From Blastocatellia bacterium (GTDB taxonomy: Bacteria; Acidobacteriota; Blastocatellia; UBA7656): a stretch of 64,000 nt of DNA. Made by a program: the position numbers and the translations under genes. A model generated the notes under the pieces. That model saw only the letters and a program-made list of their open reading frames with translations, was not told where the DNA came from and ran no database searches. The DNA is taken from assembly GCA_963765495.1 (NCBI GenBank), contig CAVXWP010000009.1:704001-768000 (forward strand). The letters are read 5' to 3'. Below, in pieces: positions 59,927 through 64,000 of this stretch; within the stretch, counting starts at the first letter, position 1, and each line of letters begins with the position of its first letter.

Positions 59927-61146
59927 CGTATCGCCTCCAGCCTGCGGCGGAAAATATCGGCCAGCCGCGCCGTGTTTCGCCCGAGTTCGTATTTGTCACA
60001 TACTTTTTTTCTGCCCTGCTCTCCGAGCCTGCGGCGCAATCCGGCGTCCTCCATCAGGCGCGCTATCGCCTGCGCTAGCGCCTCGTCATCAGACGGCGCG
60101 ACAAGCAATCCTTCCGACCCGTCGTGAATCAATTCGGGTATCCCCGTGATAAAGGTAGTCACGCAGGGAATCTCCATCGCCATCGCTTCCATCAGCACAA
60201 CCGGAATCCCTTCTGCGAAACTCGCGAGCGCGAACACGTCGGCCCCCGAGTAAAGCGCGCGTATGCGATCCTGATTTACTGCGCCTTCAAAGATCACGCT
60301 TGCTTCAAGCCCTCTTCGATTTACCATCTCTTCGAGGCTTGCGCGGTCGGGGCCGTCGCCTACGAGCCTGAGCCTGATTCTGCGGCCTTCTCTTACAAGT
60401 CGCTCGATTGCCGCGACCAGAATATGCTGGCCTTTGGCCGGAACCAGACGCCCTACGCTTATCACCTCAAACGTATCGGGGCGCTCGCGGAAGGCTCGCG
60501 GCGCGAATGCCTCCGGGTCAACTCCAAGCGGAGAGACCTCGAATTTATCCCACTCGGCCACGGGCGAAAGCTTCATCAACTGGCTGCGAGCATAGGCCCC
60601 TATGCAGCAGATAAAGGACGCGCCTCTTATCTTTTCGGCAAGCCTGTAATTTGACACGTCGTAAAATTCATCAGGCCCGTGGACGGTGATCGAGAAAGTG
60701 ACGGGGAAAACTTTGGCAGCGATCAAGCCTACGCTTGATGCGGGCGTGGCGAAATGTACGTGCAGATGCGTCAGCCTGTTTTGCTTCATCCACTGGCCAA
60801 CCATTATCGCTTCGACGAAATAGAGGAATCCGAACAGAACGCCCTTCACATCCATCCCGCCAAAACCCAGGGCGAAAAAGAGTCCGCGCAAATAGGCGAC
60901 GGGCGCTGAAAAAAAGGTTGCCAGATGCGCTCTGATTGCGCCTGCCGCGCCGTGACGCTTGACGTAATAAGCGCGTGCGCTCTCGCCTCGTTCTTCTTCG
61001 GTCAGGCCGTCAGCGGGGCGGTCGGGATCATTGATCGAGGCTACGTGAATATCAAACCCCATCGCGCGGAGGCTCATCACCTCGCGCAGTATGAAAGTAT
61101 GTGAGATAGCCGGGTAACGGCTCACAAGATAAGCCAGCCGGATCAT
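59923..61146 (-). CDS. glycosyltransferase family 4 (WcaL-like)
   Basis: YPAISHTFILRE, HVHFA, VHGPDEF, VGRL, EGIPVVLMEAMA. Confidence 0.9.
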   Translation of the reverse strand: MIRLAYLVSRYPAISHTFILREVMSLRAMGFDIHVASINDPDRPADGLTEEERGESARAYYVKRHGAAGAIRAHLATFFSAPVAYLRGLFFALGFGGMDVKGVLFGFLYFVEAIMVGQWMKQNRLTHLHVHFATPASSVGLIAAKVFPVTFSITVHGPDEFYDVSNYRLAEKIRGASFICCIGAYARSQLMKLSPVAEWDKFEVSPLGVDPEAFAPRAFRERPDTFEVISVGRLVPAKGQHILVAAIERLVREGRRIRLRLVGDGPDRASLEEMVNRRGLEASVIFEGAVNQDRIRALYSGADVFALASFAEGIPVVLMEAMAMEIPCVTTFITGIPELIHDGSEGLLVAPSDDEALAQAIARLMEDAGLRRRLGEQGRKKVCDKYELGRNTARLADIFRRRLEAIR

Positions 61147-61157
61147 TGATTCTTCCT

Positions 61158-62516
61158 TCATTTCAAAACTCTTCTGAAACGAAATAAGGGTTGTTGTACG
61201 GGAGCCAGAAAAGCGTTCTCGCCCGCCGGTTCCTCTTTTCGCGTGACGGGACCTTCGGTCCATCCCGCCATCATGAATAAAAGCTGTTGCGCCTGTAGCC
61301 CGAGATAGACCGTCACTATCGAAATCACGATTGCAAGCAGCGCGGCAAGCATACTGAAAGCGAGCGAACTGCCTGGCGCTTCACGCGGCGCGTTATATGC
61401 GTAGATGCCCAGCCGAACCGCCGCAGAAAACACTATCAATACAAAGAAGCCAACCGTAACCATTCCGTGTCTGATCGCCAGGTTCAGAAAATGATTGTCA
61501 ATCGAAGGCATGCCGGGAACTTTCGGCCATTCGTTCTGACCCCATCCGAGCCACGCTTTTTGAAGCGCAATGTCGGTGTATTTGTCTATAAGCTCTTTTC
61601 GATATGCGGCGGTTTCCTGCGTGTCGCTTGTCGCCCCGTCGCGGCCTACGGACACATAAGCCTGAAAGGCGAGATAGGCCGGTGTGCCTATTACGACCGC
61701 AAGCGTGAGCACGGTCGCAAGCATCGTCTTGCGATTCTTGGCGCGGCCTATTATGACTATGGTGCTTCCAAGCATGGCCCCGAGCCACGGGCCGCGAGAT
61801 TGCGTCATAACCATCCCTGCGACCATAGCCGTGGTCATCAATTGAGCCTTTCTTTTCGTAGGCCAGTGACCTTGCTGTTGCAGCCATCGCTGGATGCGAA
61901 AGCCTGTAGCCATCAGAACGCCGCAAAGAATCGCGTGTCCGTAAGGACCGGCGGCGCGGCCAAGCCCGCTTCTTATGGTTGTGACCCATCCGTATCCCTG
62001 ATAAGGAAAAAACGGGTTGAAGATCATCTTGAAGACATTGTTTATAAAGCGAAACTCGTAAGCCTGCCCGATTGTGACTATCGCAAGCAGCGTGACGAAT
62101 TTCTTTGCAAAATCTACGCGCAGGCCAGAAGGCTCGATGATCCCTTTCGCAAGCACGTAGGGGAGGATGACTATGCATATCATGTCGAATATCAGGTTTT
62201 GCGCGTCGTTGTAACCCGAGGCCAGAAACTGCGAAAGGCCCTCGCAGACGGCAAACCCCAGCACGAGCAGATCGGTGAGCGTGTATCGCCACCCCTGCGC
62301 GCCTCGCATGAAATAAGCGATGGCGATGTGGATGATCGTAGCTTCGCTGAAAGTCGGATCGGGCAGTCCGGCTACGATCCAGCGATAATAATCGGGCACG
62401 AGGAAAAGCACCGGGAGATAGACCTGCATGAATGCCTTCTGCGGCGAACGCGAGAACGCCACATAAGCTGCTATGAATGCCGGTATCAAAACTATAAACT
62501 GCACTCTATCTATCAC
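61158..62516 (-). CDS. O-antigen ligase / Wzy-like polymerase family membrane protein
   Basis: Many TM helices; RAAGPYGHAI, TQSRGPW, YR, GWG, IDN. Confidence 0.8.
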   Translation of the reverse strand: MIDRVQFIVLIPAFIAAYVAFSRSPQKAFMQVYLPVLFLVPDYYRWIVAGLPDPTFSEATIIHIAIAYFMRGAQGWRYTLTDLLVLGFAVCEGLSQFLASGYNDAQNLIFDMICIVILPYVLAKGIIEPSGLRVDFAKKFVTLLAIVTIGQAYEFRFINNVFKMIFNPFFPYQGYGWVTTIRSGLGRAAGPYGHAILCGVLMATGFRIQRWLQQQGHWPTKRKAQLMTTAMVAGMVMTQSRGPWLGAMLGSTIVIIGRAKNRKTMLATVLTLAVVIGTPAYLAFQAYVSVGRDGATSDTQETAAYRKELIDKYTDIALQKAWLGWGQNEWPKVPGMPSIDNHFLNLAIRHGMVTVGFFVLIVFSAAVRLGIYAYNAPREAPGSSLAFSMLAALLAIVISIVTVYLGLQAQQLLFMMAGWTEGPVTRKEEPAGENAFLAPVQQPLFRFRRVLK

Positions 62517-62571
62517 CCTTCATACAATCAGAAACGACCTTCATTTCAATTCACAATGCGCCGACCCGATA

Positions 62572-62612
62572 TGATCCAATCCGCGAAAATCCGCCGCATC
62601 CGCGTCCGTCCC
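62572..62612. repeat. single-arm nonamer-type array (ATCCGC)
   Basis: tgatccaatccgcgaaaatccgccgcatccgcgtccgtcc. Confidence 0.55.
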
Positions 62613-62667
62613 GGCCTATTTCTAATTACCTTTCTTTAAAACTCATTTTCACCAATCCCTCGCAAAC

Positions 62668-63075
62668 TTATCCGGCCCCAAAGAAATAGCCTATCCTGAG
62701 CCGCCGCAATTCGACTTCGAGATGCGGATCAAAATCGCCCTCTCGATTTCTTATCAACTCAGACCATGGCAACTGTTCCGTCTGCGACTTAAACCGCTCG
62801 ACCAGATCATCCAGGCTGCAAATCCTTTTGGCGGGTACTCCGCCCACGACCGAGTTTTCCCCCACATCGGAAGTGACCACCGCGCCCGATGCGACTATGG
62901 CTTTCGGGCCTATGGTCACGCCGGGCAATACGATTGCGCCGTGGCCGATGAATACGTTGTCGCGTATGTCGATCTTTCCTACGCGATCAAGCTTGCAGCC
63001 GTAGGCGCGGTTGAGCATGTTCACGCTGCCGTCGTGCCCGAACAGGGTACAGCCCGAAAGACGCACGTTGTCGCC
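62668..63075 (-). pseudogene. C-terminal half of a hexapeptide-repeat acyltransferase (5' end lost)
   Basis: GDNVRLSGCTLFGHDG...IRDNVFIGHGAIVLPGVTIG..VVGGVPA; upstream sequence belongs to another gene. Confidence 0.7.
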
Positions 63076-63305
63076 GGAACCCCGACTATCAATACGAGGA
63101 CCATTATCGTGAGCGCGAGGTATTTGTGCGCTCTCAAGGAGACCAGAGGCTTTATGCCGCGTCCCTTTGGAGGCTGAGCAGGCTGCTGAGTTGCTCCTGC
63201 CACGGGCAGGTGTGCCGACGGCGTGAGGCTGCGGCGAGCGTCCGCGGCCTCCGGCTGCTCGTCATTATTCGAACTCGTAATTTCAGTTAGAGTATCGGGT
63301 TTCAC
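63074..63305 (-). pseudogene. N-terminal stub of a Wzc/GumC-type polysaccharide co-polymerase
   Basis: Follows the wza-like gene; PKGRGIKPLVSLRAHKYLALTIMVLVLIVGVP first TM, then joins acyltransferase DNA out of frame. Confidence 0.55.
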
Positions 63306-64000
63306 TTCTTTACCAGCGACGCTCCAAAGAGCATGTATGTGGTGAACGGAGCTATCTTTTCCATCACATATCCGATCTTTGAAAGCCCTCTCTTTGGAAC
63401 GTAGATGATGTCTCCCTCGTTGAGCGAGACGTTATCTTCATTTGCTGCTTTCAACAGATCGGCAAAATCAATTTCGCGACTGAGTTGCTGGCTCGGTCGA
63501 ACGATGTGAAGCTTTTTCGAATTGGCGTCTCTGTTTGGTCCGCCCGCGAGCGCAAGCGCATCCATAAACGTCATGTTCGGCGTCAGGCGATAAGCCCCGG
63601 GTGTATTGACCTCGCCAAGCACATAGACAAGCTGGTCGTCGGAATCAGGTATATAGACTGCATCGCCGCGCTTTAGCCTGAGATTTAACGCGAGGTCCTT
63701 TCCCGTCAAAAGGTTTTTCAACTCTATCCACACCACCTGATCGTGTCCGCGAAAGATGGCGCAACGCGCAAGCGCCGCTTTTTCCGCGCCTGATCCTCCG
63801 ACAGGCAGACCGCCCGCCCGCGTAATCGCTTCAAGCAGCGTGGGCGGCACTTCAAAATCGAGCGTGCCTGGTTTCATCACGCGCCCGAGCACCGAAATGC
63901 GATTCGACGCGTAGCGGTCCACGCGGATCGTCACGGCCAGGTCGAGGTAATATCGCGCAAGCCCGTCGGAAAGAGCCCGGGTGCCCGCTTCGCGAGACAA
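63302..64000 (-). CDS. polysaccharide export protein (Wza/SLBB repeats), N-terminus outside window
   Basis: VLGRVMKPG..TLLEAITRAGG; VYVLGEVNTPG..DALALAGG; L..GD.IYVP. Confidence 0.88.
   Translation of the reverse strand: MSREAGTRALSDGLARYYLDLAVTIRVDRYASNRISVLGRVMKPGTLDFEVPPTLLEAITRAGGLPVGGSGAEKAALARCAIFRGHDQVVWIELKNLLTGKDLALNLRLKRGDAVYIPDSDDQLVYVLGEVNTPGAYRLTPNMTFMDALALAGGPNRDANSKKLHIVRPSQQLSREIDFADLLKAANEDNVSLNEGDIIYVPKRGLSKIGYVMEKIAPFTTYMLFGASLVKK

Noticed and set aside
61467-62639. 390-aa plus-strand ORF (also 247-867, 1959-2873, 28755-29555 and similar)
   Set aside because: Antisense to well-supported minus-strand genes; expected in GC-rich coding DNA

Overview
A roughly 55-58% GC bacterial chromosomal window. 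Gene content and style suggest Acidobacteriota, probably Blastocatellia-like; this is an inference. Most genes are on the minus strand. From left to right: a truncated DUF3857/transglutaminase-like gene; an M16 peptidase pair; a speD-DUF4178-small membrane protein-DUF350-membrane speE-repeat protein-Tat flavin oxidoreductase operon; then mixed housekeeping and secreted-protein genes. A small IS graveyard follows at 30.6-32.8 kb (broken IS1, a 98-bp MITE, a serine-hydrolase fragment, a frameshifted IS5-like element). Next come lpxL-like, cupin, an unannotated 54-aa (KKAAPA)6 histone-like peptide, PHP, deoC with an unusual N-terminal extension, fabH, an L,D-transpeptidase, ino1, AraC, GDPD and Fur. 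The right end (44-64 kb) holds a hybrid-kinase/partner-switching module and a Wzy-type exopolysaccharide locus. Two signals go beyond standard annotation. (1) About 12 intergenic elements are built from 7-mer or 9-mer microsatellite arrays, mostly as inverted arms, at or overlapping gene 3' ends. (2) The EPS locus has at least four apparent large deletions, which leave a 51-aa glycogen-phosphorylase ghost and chimeric genes. No rRNA, tRNA or CRISPR array was seen. All assignments come from motif reading by eye; no database searches were run.
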